From Candidatus Hydrogenedentota bacterium (GTDB taxonomy: Bacteria; Hydrogenedentota; Hydrogenedentia; Hydrogenedentales; SLHB01): DNA of 64,000 bases. The position numbers and the translations under genes were made by a program. Position 1 is the first letter of the stretch; every line of letters starts with the position of its first letter. Location: the NCBI GenBank assembly GCA_045863335.1, contig BTVY01000002.1:96462-160461 (forward strand), given 5' to 3'. A model generated the notes under the pieces. It had not been told where the DNA came from. It worked only from the letters and a program-made list of their open reading frames with translations, and ran no database searches. Below are positions 39,433 to 48,985 of the stretch, piece by piece.

Positions 39433-40134
39433 TTATTCTGAAGGCTCCGTAGAAACATCGAACTGGGCGAGGTAGGGATATACGGATTCGTTGATGAACG
39501 CGCGGACGGTCCGCAGGTTCTCCCCCGCGGTTTCCCTGGAATCGGCGTTTATCTGCTGGTTCGCAAAAACCCCCTTGACCTCGACATACACCTCGTTTTG
39601 GCTTCGCCGATAGGACTCGATGGTTGCATTCAAGACACCCGGAAAATCTGGCGTCTCCGGGAACACGAATCGCAAACCGCCCACGCCGACGGGCCGTTGG
39701 AAGAAGGGATCGATACGCCCGTTCTGCCGGCATACGCGATCGAGGAGAAAAGCTCGCGCATCGTGGTGATGGGTCAGCGCGAAGGTCGTGCGGATTGTCG
39801 CGGTCTGCACGAGAAACGGCCCGCAATCCAGCACGGGGATGGCATGCGAAACGATGGTTTCCACCTTTTCGACGAAGTCGCGGAACGCGATGTCCACCCA
39901 TTCCTCGGCGGCCATGAGGCGGTCGGGGAGAAACAGCAGCATGGATTGCGCTTTGGGGCCGCGCCTGGAATGGAAACGGGGTGGCGTGTTGGGGGAGAAG
40001 TCGGTATTCATGTATGCGCCGCCGCGGGTCTGCGAGAGTTCGTAGTACAACCGCTGCAGTGCCTGCATCGGGATGGGCTTTGGCGCGTGGATCAACTCGG
40101 TGGAAAAGTGGATCGGACGGTCCTCGGACTGCAT
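39433..40134 (-). CDS. Hypothetical protein
   Basis: AGGAG RBS; open 233-aa frame tightly upstream of GT2. Confidence 0.7.
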   Translation of the reverse strand: MQSEDRPIHFSTELIHAPKPIPMQALQRLYYELSQTRGGAYMNTDFSPNTPPRFHSRRGPKAQSMLLFLPDRLMAAEEWVDIAFRDFVEKVETIVSHAIPVLDCGPFLVQTATIRTTFALTHHHDARAFLLDRVCRQNGRIDPFFQRPVGVGGLRFVFPETPDFPGVLNATIESYRRSQNEVYVEVKGVFANQQINADSRETAGENLRTVRAFINESVYPYLAQFDVSTEPSE

Positions 40135-40300
40135 AGGTACTCCTTTGCCGCAGAGATGTATGGCGCAATCATACCACGGCAGAACGCGGAAGCGGAACAG
40201 GCGGGGTCCCCCCCATCATGCCCGAGGCGTGAACGTCGCCCTTCCGCATGGAAGCGCTGATGCATAGCGACTCCGGATTGAGAATGACAACCGGGCTACG

Positions 40301-41410
40301 TCATCGGCCGGCGGCTCGTGCGCGACATTCTTGGGCGGCGGCTTGGTCGCCAAGATGGGCATAGAGTTCCGCCGCGCGCGTCAAGCGACGAGCGCTGAGC
40401 TTGGTAAGATGCAGGGTTCGCTCTTCAGACGCAATGTTTATAAGCGTATCGGCGGAATGGCGGAGCCGTTGCGCTGCGTCTGCGGGATTGGCGGCGCCCA
40501 ACAGTCCGGCGAGATGGATCTGAAGGAACGTGGAGAAGACGGCGTAGGACGCACGGTCGGCCACGGCAATGAGGGTCTGAAGATACTCGGCAAACGTTCG
40601 TGCGGCCTCCGGAGCTGCGTCGGCGCGCGGAACCGGAACGGGACGGATGGTGGTAAGCTCGCGGCGTATCTGATCGATCCGCTCTTGAAGTTGCTTGGCA
40701 TACAACACCGAATCCGAGTCGAGCTGGGCCGCCGTATCTGTCGGTGGAGTGGACGGAATGTCGCCGCGTTTTTCCTCTTGCCGGCGTCGATTCCGTTCAC
40801 GCAGATCCGATTCGAGTTTTGCGACGGTCTGGGTCACGGTGGCGTTGATGGCCACGTCGGCCAGTTCGAGGTAAAAATCCCTTCGCGCCGCGCTTGCGAC
40901 CGCCAGGTGCAACAAGTCTTCAAGGATGAGCACCGGCATCTCAATGGCGCGTCTCGCATTCTTACCATAGAGGAGGCAGGCGATTAGCTCGTTGCAATAG
41001 CTTCGGAAAATATTGGGGCCAATCGCTTTTCCTTCGATTTCCATTCCGCGGATGTCTCGGGAGATGTGCTGGTAGATGAAGTCAGCGGCAAGGACGTACG
41101 CGCGATCCTTCCAGTTCAGGGAACCGTCCGAAGCGATCCGCGGCATGGCATCGAGCTGGTAGCGCATCTTCGAAGCGACCACGTACAGGCCGGAGGATGC
41201 GGCAATTTGTTTGAGTTCCGCGATAGCTTCTGTTGCCTGAGGATGCTCGAGGGCCGGGGCAGTTACGAGCGCTTTGACGGTCCGTCCGAGATTTGCGGTC
41301 GAGACGGTGGGAGTCTCGTCCTGGGTGTTTTCATCAAATGCGGTCGAGAACTTCTCTTGCTTATGCGGCGGCGGGGTCAGCAGATCGGTAATGCGCTTAA
41401 AGAGGTCCAT
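40301..41410 (-). CDS. Hypothetical alpha-helical protein
   Basis: GGAG RBS; 369-aa ORF. Confidence 0.7.
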   Translation of the reverse strand: MDLFKRITDLLTPPPHKQEKFSTAFDENTQDETPTVSTANLGRTVKALVTAPALEHPQATEAIAELKQIAASSGLYVVASKMRYQLDAMPRIASDGSLNWKDRAYVLAADFIYQHISRDIRGMEIEGKAIGPNIFRSYCNELIACLLYGKNARRAIEMPVLILEDLLHLAVASAARRDFYLELADVAINATVTQTVAKLESDLRERNRRRQEEKRGDIPSTPPTDTAAQLDSDSVLYAKQLQERIDQIRRELTTIRPVPVPRADAAPEAARTFAEYLQTLIAVADRASYAVFSTFLQIHLAGLLGAANPADAAQRLRHSADTLINIASEERTLHLTKLSARRLTRAAELYAHLGDQAAAQECRARAAGR

Positions 41411-41544
41411 TCACGACTCCCGATGAATGTACGTCACGGCCTCAACACGGCTTCCCCAAGAAGCTCCCTTATTCTACCGTCAAGGGGGTGAAAATGAAAC
41501 ATCCAATCGGACACAAATTCATAATGCGAATTCTGTTGACATAT

Positions 41545-42129
41545 TCAACCTACCTGCTCTGCTATGACATCCCACAAGGCGCGGACCCCCTCTTTGGACA
41601 TGGAAGAGAACGGGATAATGAGCGCGTCATCGTCCAATTCTAAGTGCTTGCGAATGGACTCCACGCAGCCCGCGCGCTCCGATGCCTTGAGCTTGTCCCA
41701 TTTCGTTGCGACCAGAACGGCCGGTACCTCGGCCTGCTCGACCAAATCGAGGAGATGATGGTCGTTGGCCCCCGGAGTGTGACGGCTGTCCACGAGTTGC
41801 ACGATAAGTCGAAGAGGCGGCCGGCCGACGAGATAATCGGTCAGAATTCGTGCCCATTGCTGTTGCATGGCTTTTGAGACTTTGGCATAGCCGTATCCCG
41901 GAAGATCGACGAAATAGAACTTGCCATTGACGTCGAAAAAATTGACGGTCTGGGTTTTTCCGGGAGTCTTGCTGGTCTTAGCAAGGCCTTTGCGATTGAG
42001 CAGTGTGTTCAGCATGGTGGATTTGCCGACGTTTGAGCGCCCGACGAACGCAACTTCCGGACGGCCGTCTTTGGGATAATGATCCGGCCGGAGGGCGCTC
42101 TTTACGAATGTGGATGTGACGACCTTCAT
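41545..42129 (-). CDS. engB: Ribosome biogenesis GTPase YihA/YsxC
   Basis: GRSNVGKST, SKTPGKT, DLPGYG, TKWD; coupled to lon. Confidence 0.96.
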   Translation of the reverse strand: MKVVTSTFVKSALRPDHYPKDGRPEVAFVGRSNVGKSTMLNTLLNRKGLAKTSKTPGKTQTVNFFDVNGKFYFVDLPGYGYAKVSKAMQQQWARILTDYLVGRPPLRLIVQLVDSRHTPGANDHHLLDLVEQAEVPAVLVATKWDKLKASERAGCVESIRKHLELDDDALIIPFSSMSKEGVRALWDVIAEQVG

Positions 42130-44534
42130 TTTCGTGCGGGGCGCTTTGCGGTCTTGCGCGCTTTCGGCTTGATGCGTCCCTTCCGTTTCACGTCGTCGCC
42201 GAATGCCGCGTGGATGACTTCATCGACTTCTTTCACGAAGACGAAGGTGATGGCGGACTTCACGTCTTGGGGGATTTCGTGCAAGTCCTTCTCGTTTTCC
42301 TCGGGCATAATGATCGTCTTGATGCCGGCTCGGTGGGCGGCGAGGACCTTCTCCTTGATACCACCGACCGATAGCACGCGGCCGCGCAAGGTAATCTCCC
42401 CCGTCATGGCGACGGATGGGTTGGGGGCTTTGTTGCGGAGGGCGGACGCAATGGACACGGCCAGGGAAACGCCGGCCGAGGGACCGTCTTTGGGTATGGC
42501 GCCTTCCGGAATGTGAATGTGCATGTCCACGTTGCGATGGAAATGCACGGGAATACGCAAAACTTTGGCGTGAGCGCGCAGGTAAGTATAGGCCGCCTGA
42601 GCCGATTCCTTCATGACTTCGCCGAGTTGCCCCGTCAGCGAGAGACCGCCCTTGCCCGGCATAGTGCTCGTCTCAATGTGAAGGATATCGCCGCCGGCCC
42701 AGGTCCACGCCAAGCCGATCGCGACGCCGGGCTGCGGGGCTTCGTCAGCACGGATGTCGGGATACTCGGGGGGCCCCAGGAGTTCTTTCACTACCGTGGC
42801 GTCGATGGTGGCACGTTTTGAACGCTTGGTGGTGACGACCTTGTGGGCGACTTTGCGGCATACGCGGGCGATTTGGCGCTCAAGCTCGCGCACACCGGCT
42901 TCGCGCGTATAACGCTGGATGAGGGTTTGAAGCCCGTCATCCGTGAACGCAATCGCGCGATCCTTTAGCCCTGCTTCATCGCGTTGCTTGGGAACGAGGA
43001 AGAGCCGGGCAATGTGCTGTTTCTCATGCATGGTGTAACCCGAGATGCGCACCACCTCCATGCGGTCGTGCAGGGGCTCCGGGATTTCGTATTCACTGTT
43101 CGCCGTGGTGATAAAGAAAACCTCGTGGAGATCGAAGTCCACTTCGAGGTAGTGGTCGCTGAACGTTTCATTCTGTTCGGGGTCCAATACCTCGAGCATG
43201 GCCGACGAGGGATCGCCGCGGAAGTCCATGCTCATCTTGTCGATCTCGTCGAGCATGAAAACGGGATTCTTGACGCCGACCTTCTTCATGCTCTGAATGA
43301 TCCGTCCGGGCAGGGCGCCGATGTAGGTACGGCGATGGCCGCGAATCTCGGCTTCGTCGCGAACGCCGCCGAGCGAGACGCGGACGAACTTGCGGCCCAT
43401 GGCCCGCGCGATGGATTTGCCAAGGGAGGTCTTCCCCACGCCGGGAGGGCCCACGAGACAGAGAATCGGCCCTTTCGTGCTCTTGCTGAGCTTACGCACG
43501 GCGAGGAATTCGAGGATGCGCTCCTTGACCTTCTCGAGCCCGTAGTGGTCTTCATCCAGCGCCTTGCGGGCTTTGAGCAGATCGAGTGCGTCGCGGGTGC
43601 GTTTCTTCCACGGGACATCCGTGAGCCACTCGATGTACGTGCGGATAATGGCGCTCTCGGGGCTCATGGCAGGCATGCGCTCAAAGCGGCCCAGCTCGCG
43701 CAAGGCGCGTTCCTGAACCTCTTTGGGCATATTGGCCTTGTCGATCATTTCGCGAAGCTCGGTCAATTCGTCGCCGACGTCGCGCTGGCCCAGTTCCTGG
43801 TGAATGGCTTTCAACTGTTCGTGGAGGTAATACTCGCGCTGGCTACGGTCCATTTGTTCGCGGATTCGGTCGCGGACGCGCCGCTCCATATCGAGCATCT
43901 CCGTTTCGCGCATGAGCAGCGACGAGAGCAGTTCGAGGCGTTCGTTCACGGGGATGCATTCAAGCAGTTGCTGCCGTTCCTCGACCCGCAGCGGCAGGTA
44001 GGCGCAAACGAGGTCGCACAGGGAGTTGGCTTCGTTCACCCCGCGGAGCGACGCGACGACTTCCGGGGCCACGCGGCCGCTTTGCCGGGCGTATTGCTCG
44101 AACTGACCGAGGGCGGCACGCATGAGCGCTTCCGCGTTCTCTCCTTCAAAAGGCGTTTCCTCGATTCGATGGGCGGTCAGCTCGCTGAATCCATCGCGAT
44201 CCGCGAGGTCCACGACGCGCCCGCGCCCCAGACCTTCGACGACCACTTTCATGGTTCCGTCCGGCATGCGGAGGGTCTGCAGGATGCCGGCCGCCACGCC
44301 AACAGAATAGAGGTCGGCAAGTTCTGGGATTTCCACGGCGGGATCACGCTGGGTGCAGAGAAAGAGTGGGCCTCCCGTTGCCAGCGCTTCTTCGACGGCA
44401 ACCAGGGACTGTTGGCGTCCCACCAGCAGGGGCACAACCATGCGGGGAAAAACGACCACATCTTTCAGGGGCAGCAGGGGAAACCGTTCACCGCGGACGG
44501 TCTTCTTCTTTTGTCGCTTGGCAGGCATCCACAC
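42126..44534 (-). CDS. lon: ATP-dependent Lon protease
   Basis: LPLKDVVVFP, GPPGVGKT, PKDGPSAG, TGEITLRG, GGIKEK. Confidence 0.98.
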   Translation of the reverse strand: MWMPAKRQKKKTVRGERFPLLPLKDVVVFPRMVVPLLVGRQQSLVAVEEALATGGPLFLCTQRDPAVEIPELADLYSVGVAAGILQTLRMPDGTMKVVVEGLGRGRVVDLADRDGFSELTAHRIEETPFEGENAEALMRAALGQFEQYARQSGRVAPEVVASLRGVNEANSLCDLVCAYLPLRVEERQQLLECIPVNERLELLSSLLMRETEMLDMERRVRDRIREQMDRSQREYYLHEQLKAIHQELGQRDVGDELTELREMIDKANMPKEVQERALRELGRFERMPAMSPESAIIRTYIEWLTDVPWKKRTRDALDLLKARKALDEDHYGLEKVKERILEFLAVRKLSKSTKGPILCLVGPPGVGKTSLGKSIARAMGRKFVRVSLGGVRDEAEIRGHRRTYIGALPGRIIQSMKKVGVKNPVFMLDEIDKMSMDFRGDPSSAMLEVLDPEQNETFSDHYLEVDFDLHEVFFITTANSEYEIPEPLHDRMEVVRISGYTMHEKQHIARLFLVPKQRDEAGLKDRAIAFTDDGLQTLIQRYTREAGVRELERQIARVCRKVAHKVVTTKRSKRATIDATVVKELLGPPEYPDIRADEAPQPGVAIGLAWTWAGGDILHIETSTMPGKGGLSLTGQLGEVMKESAQAAYTYLRAHAKVLRIPVHFHRNVDMHIHIPEGAIPKDGPSAGVSLAVSIASALRNKAPNPSVAMTGEITLRGRVLSVGGIKEKVLAAHRAGIKTIIMPEENEKDLHEIPQDVKSAITFVFVKEVDEVIHAAFGDDVKRKGRIKPKARKTAKRPARK

Positions 44535-44620
44535 TCCTCCGTCCCGCGCTTGAAATCGGGCGTAGCGCGGGTCTCATGAGACCATTATGCCGGTGCTTTG
44601 TCTGCCATCAAAGCCGGACG

Positions 44621-44652
44621 AAAAAAGACCGGAAGGGACGAGGCCCTTCCGG
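44621..44652 (-). terminator. Intrinsic terminator between clpX and lon
   Basis: CCGGAAGGG-N6-CCCTTCCGG followed by TCTTTTTT on the minus strand. Confidence 0.75.
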
Positions 44653-44729
44653 CGAATGATGCGACCCTCTTGCGCCCGAACCTTTGGGGGTCGTATAGGA
44701 AACTGCGCGATTCGGCGGTTCAGCCGAAC

Positions 44730-46004
44730 TTAAGCCATGGCGGAACGGCCCTGGCCGCTGAAATCCTCTTCGTCGTGTTCATAGACGAGTAACGGCTCTT
44801 CGTGATTGCGTACGACTCCCGGCGTGATGACGCATTCTCGGACGTCTTTCCGGGAGGGTATCTCATACATGATGTCGTTCATGGACTCTTCCAGGATGCT
44901 GCGCAGGCCGCGCGCGCCGGTCTCCTTCTCGATGGCCAACTCGGCAATGGTGTCGATGGTTTCGTCCTGGAAGTGAAGCTTGACGTTCTCCAGTTGGAAG
45001 AGCTTCTGGTATTGACGAACGATGGCGTTCTTGGGCTCGGTCAGAATGCGAACCAGATCCGGCTTCGACAGCTCGTGCAGGGTGGCAATCACAGGAAGGC
45101 GGCCCGAAAACTCGGGGATCATGCCGAACTTAATGAGGTCTTCCGGTTCGACCAAGGCCAGGATATCGCCAATCTTACGATCGCGACGGCTCTGGATGTC
45201 TGCGTTGAAACCGATTACGGTCTTGCGGGTGCGACGTTCGATAGTCTGTTCGAGTCCGTTGAAGGCGCCGCCGCAGATGAAGAGGATGTTCGTGGTATCG
45301 ACCTGGATGCATTCCTGTTGGGGATGCTTACGGCCGCCCTGGGGCGGCACGTTGGCGACCGTACCTTCCAACAACTTCAGGAGGGCCTGTTGAACGCCCT
45401 CGCCGGAGACATCGCGCGTAATGGAGGGACTGTCGCTCTTGCGATGGATCTTGTCGATCTCATCGACATAGACGATCCCCATCTCGGCCCGGCCCTGATC
45501 GAAGTCCGCGGCCTGGAGCAGTTTCAGGATGATGTTCTCGACGTCGTCGCCAACGTACCCCGCTTCCGTCAGCGTCGTGGCATCGACCACGGCGAAGGGG
45601 ACGTCAAGGAGGCGGGCGAGGGTTTGCGCCATGAGGGTCTTGCCGCAGCCGGATGGGCCGATGAGCAAGACATTGGACTTCTGAAGTTCGACCCCGTCGA
45701 TTTCGCCGCCGGAGGCGATACGCTTGTAATGATTGTGGACCGCGACGGCGAGAATCCGTTTGGCCCGCTCCTGACCGATGACATACTGGTCGAGGAAGTC
45801 TTTGATTTCGGCGGGTTTTGGTACGCGGAGACTTTTCGTAACCCCTTTGCGAGCTCGGTCCTCGGCGACAATTTCGCCGCAGAGGCTGACACACTCGTCG
45901 CATATGTTTACGTCTGGCCCGGCGATCAGTTTGCTGACCTCATCGTGGCGCTTGCCGCAGAAAGAACAGGTATGTACATCACCTCGGGCGCGATGTGGGG
46001 CCAT
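44730..46004 (-). CDS. clpX: Clp protease ATP-binding subunit ClpX
   Basis: CSFCG/CDECV zinc domain, [21 protein letters not shown] loop. Confidence 0.98.
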   Translation of the reverse strand: MAPHRARGDVHTCSFCGKRHDEVSKLIAGPDVNICDECVSLCGEIVAEDRARKGVTKSLRVPKPAEIKDFLDQYVIGQERAKRILAVAVHNHYKRIASGGEIDGVELQKSNVLLIGPSGCGKTLMAQTLARLLDVPFAVVDATTLTEAGYVGDDVENIILKLLQAADFDQGRAEMGIVYVDEIDKIHRKSDSPSITRDVSGEGVQQALLKLLEGTVANVPPQGGRKHPQQECIQVDTTNILFICGGAFNGLEQTIERRTRKTVIGFNADIQSRRDRKIGDILALVEPEDLIKFGMIPEFSGRLPVIATLHELSKPDLVRILTEPKNAIVRQYQKLFQLENVKLHFQDETIDTIAELAIEKETGARGLRSILEESMNDIMYEIPSRKDVRECVITPGVVRNHEEPLLVYEHDEEDFSGQGRSAMA

Positions 46005-46222
46005 AGAAACCTCCCTTATGAACTGCCATGTTCACCCGTCTTATAGCAGTTTAAGGCATTTTTGTCAACAGTTTTCTTGCCGAGCCGATTCAGAACCCTG
46101 TTGACTCTCCTCCATTGTGCCAGCTTAAGGGCAAAAGGTGCAACCCCTTGGCTGCAAATACCCGGCACAGGAGATATGATCCGCCGAGCAACCGGTTTGG
46201 TTGCCGGAGCGGAGCGGGCAGT

Positions 46223-46816
46223 TTAGCGGTGCAAGGTCTCGTCGACGATCCCGTATTCCCGCGCTTCCTCGGCACCCATGAAAAAGTCCCGGTCGCTGTC
46301 GCGCCGGATGTTCTCGATGGCTTGACCGGTATGCTTGACGAGTATCTCATCAATCATCTCGCCAATGCGCATGATCTCACGGGCCTGGATGTCGATGTCC
46401 GAGGCTTGCCCCTGGATACCGCCCATGGGCTGGTGAAGCAGGAATCGGGAATAAGGCAACGCGAAGCGCTTGCCTTTTTCTCCCGCGCACATGAGAACGG
46501 CGGCCATACTGGCGGCCTGACCCAGGCAGATGGTGGAGACGCTGGGGCGGATGTATTGCATGGTGTCGTAGATGGCAAGTCCGGCCGTCACGCTCCCTCC
46601 CGGGGAGTTGATGTAGAGATAGACGTCTTTATCCGGGTCCTCGGCTTCGAGGAAGAGCATCTGGGCGATGATGTAGTTCGCGACGTAGTCGTCGATGGGC
46701 ATGCCCAGGAAGATGATGCGGTCCGCGAGCAGCTTGGAGTAGATATCGTAGGGCCGTTCACCACGGCTGGTTTGCTCGTATATGGTGACGGCACGCACAT
46801 CCAGGGGATGAGTCAT
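46223..46816 (-). CDS. clpP: Clp protease proteolytic subunit
   Basis: YINSPGG, GQAASM, LHQP, DRDFFM. Confidence 0.98.
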   Translation of the reverse strand: MTHPLDVRAVTIYEQTSRGERPYDIYSKLLADRIIFLGMPIDDYVANYIIAQMLFLEAEDPDKDVYLYINSPGGSVTAGLAIYDTMQYIRPSVSTICLGQAASMAAVLMCAGEKGKRFALPYSRFLLHQPMGGIQGQASDIDIQAREIMRIGEMIDEILVKHTGQAIENIRRDSDRDFFMGAEEAREYGIVDETLHR

Positions 46817-46818
46817 AG

Positions 46819-48288
46819 TTATGCCTCGTCGGTTTGTTCGATTTCTTCGCGGGGCACTTCTTTGTCCGTGACCTTGGCATGCTCCATGATGAGGTCCATG
46901 GCCTTGGCCCGGTAGATGCGCCCTTCGTACATGCTGCGCCGGTCGGATTCCTCGGACATGTATTGGGCCACGGTGTCCGAATCGATGCCGGTCTGCATTG
47001 CAATGGTGGACGCCTCGGATTCGAAATCGGCGTCGGTCACTTCGATCCCTTCCGCGGAACCGATTTCCATGAGGGTCACGGTGCGCTTGATCTCGTCGAT
47101 GGCAGATTCTTCCGCGCCCTTCCGAAGCTCTTCCATGCGAGACTCGATCTGGTCGACGGGCACGCGCATCTGGATCAGGCGGCGAACTTCGTCTTCGTAG
47201 TGGCTGCGGGCCACGTCGTCGATGAGCGTCTTCGGAATCTCGTATTTAGATTTTTCAATGACAGCTTCCAATGCGCGGCTGCGGGCGATGCGGTCGCTGG
47301 TCTGGATGGAGTTTTCGCGGAGCTGGTTATTGACGCGTTCGCGCAAACCTTCCACGTGCTCCGCGCCGACCTGCTTCGCGAAGTCGTCGTTCAGTTCGGG
47401 CAACTGGCGGCGCTTGATCTCCTTCACGTTGATGGTGAAGGTGGCTTTTTTCCCGCGCAGATTTTCGTTGGGATGGTCGTCGGGAAACGTGACCTTGCAG
47501 GTCAGTTCGTCGCCAACTTTGCTGCCGACGAGTTTCTTCTCAAACTCGGGGAAGAACCGCTTGGTGCCGAGAATGTAGGGATAGTTCTCCGCGGAACCGC
47601 CGGGGAACTGCTCGCCGTCGATGAGGCCGTTGAAATCGATAACGACCTGGTCGCCATCCTTTGCTTTACCCTTTTCTTCGAGGGTTTCGAAAGAGGCATA
47701 GCGGCCGCGCATTTCTTCGAGGGCTTCCTCGGCGTCCTTTTCGTCTACGGTAACGACAGGCCGCTCCACTTTCACGCCGCGGTATTTTCCAAGTTCGACT
47801 TTCGGCGCGACTTCGAACTTCAGGGTGAACTCGAGAGCTTCGTCTTCCTTGCGCTCTTTGTCGTCTTCAAGGCCTTCGATATCCGGGAAGCGGATCGGCT
47901 TCATGTCCTCATCGGCGATGAGTTTGCGGAAGGCGGCGCTGACCAGCTTGGCGTCCACTTCAGAGCGCACGACTTTGGCGAACCGTTTTTCGACGATACG
48001 GCGTGGCGCGCGGCCGCGGCGGAATCCGGGGACTTCCGCTTCGTGGCGCAGTTCGTCGTACATCTCGTCGGCCTGCTGCTTTTTGTTCGCGGCCGGCACG
48101 GTGACTTTGACTTCGTACGCGCAATCGCCTTTGTAGTCGATGGTAAAGACCGGGTCTTCGACGAACTTCAGCTCGTCGTCGTGGGCGTGATCATGGTCAT
48201 GGTCATGATCGTGATCGTGGTCATGATCGTGGCCCTCATGGGAGTCTTCTTCCACTACTGCGGTCTTCTTCGATTCTTTGTCTGCCAT
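46819..48288 (-). CDS. tig: Trigger factor with His/Asp-rich N-terminal extension
   Basis: [10 protein letters not shown] ribosome-binding loop, FKBP domain, tig-clpP-clpX-lon synteny. Confidence 0.96.
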   Translation of the reverse strand: MADKESKKTAVVEEDSHEGHDHDHDHDHDHDHDHAHDDELKFVEDPVFTIDYKGDCAYEVKVTVPAANKKQQADEMYDELRHEAEVPGFRRGRAPRRIVEKRFAKVVRSEVDAKLVSAAFRKLIADEDMKPIRFPDIEGLEDDKERKEDEALEFTLKFEVAPKVELGKYRGVKVERPVVTVDEKDAEEALEEMRGRYASFETLEEKGKAKDGDQVVIDFNGLIDGEQFPGGSAENYPYILGTKRFFPEFEKKLVGSKVGDELTCKVTFPDDHPNENLRGKKATFTINVKEIKRRQLPELNDDFAKQVGAEHVEGLRERVNNQLRENSIQTSDRIARSRALEAVIEKSKYEIPKTLIDDVARSHYEDEVRRLIQMRVPVDQIESRMEELRKGAEESAIDEIKRTVTLMEIGSAEGIEVTDADFESEASTIAMQTGIDSDTVAQYMSEESDRRSMYEGRIYRAKAMDLIMEHAKVTDKEVPREEIEQTDEA

Positions 48289-48310
48289 GGTCGTGTTGTC
48301 GCTTCATGGT

Positions 48311-48395
48311 TGGTGGGCGAGGCGGGACTTGAACCCGCACATCTTGCGATACTGGATCCTAAGTCCAGCGCGTCTGCCAATTCCGCCACTCGCCC
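48311..48395 (-). tRNA. tRNA-Leu (anticodon TAG)
   Basis: Cloverleaf with long variable arm, CTGGA-CT-TAG-GA-TCCAG, encoded CCA. Confidence 0.96.
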
Positions 48396-48481
48396 GGAGA
48401 GCCCAGGGTTTTCCATGTCGGGCCCTGCGCCGCGTTGCAGACGGCGCGCCCGGCGTCTCCGGATCTTCCTAAATGAAAAAA

Positions 48482-48557
48482 TGGTGGGCCGCGCAGGGAT
48501 CGAACCTGCGACCTTGTGATTAAGAGTCACCTGCTCTACCAACTGAGCTAGCGGCCC
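48482..48557 (-). tRNA. tRNA-Lys (anticodon CTT)
   Basis: 76 nt, GTGA-CT-CTT-AA-TCAC, GGTTCGA, CCA. Confidence 0.96.
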
Positions 48558-48608
48558 ACGCCCACAAACGGAATCACGCGCCGAATAGCACGCGCCGAAA
48601 CAAAAAAA

Positions 48609-48683
<75 letters not shown>

Positions 48684-48699
48684 TCACTGAGCGTGGCGA

Positions 48700-48728
48700 A
48701 TCTTACCATATAGGTATGGGGGTGTCAA
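48700..48728 (-). promoter_or_regulatory. Sigma70 promoter of the tRNA-tig operon
   Basis: TTGACA-N17-TAAGAT with TG extension, just upstream of tRNA-Gly. Confidence 0.8.
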
Positions 48729-48985
48729 GAAACGCACCACATTCAGGGTAAAGGCGTTAGCACGGCTTTTCGGGGGCGGAACTCCGACCCCGTATTCCAT
48801 GCAAACGAGACCATTCACCAATATGGAGCGTGTATCTTGTCGCCCCGGTCGATCATGTGCTGGCATAAGTCGTTATGAAATCGGAATCCCGGCTACTCCT
48901 TTCGGTCAAGTCGTATGAGTGCGGCAGTTTAGGATTTCCAGAGAATTTTCCTTGACATATCCGCGAGATTGTGGCCTTGTAATAC

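Noticed and set aside
44550-44580. Sigma32-like CTTGAA...TCTCAT near the lon start
   Set aside because: It is on the + strand, opposite to lon, with poor -10 and spacing
42984-48519. Long + strand ORFs (42984-44579, 44802-46046, 46834-48519; likewise 25296-26636)
   Set aside because: Antisense shadows of lon, clpX, tig and gspD caused by GC-rich codon bias
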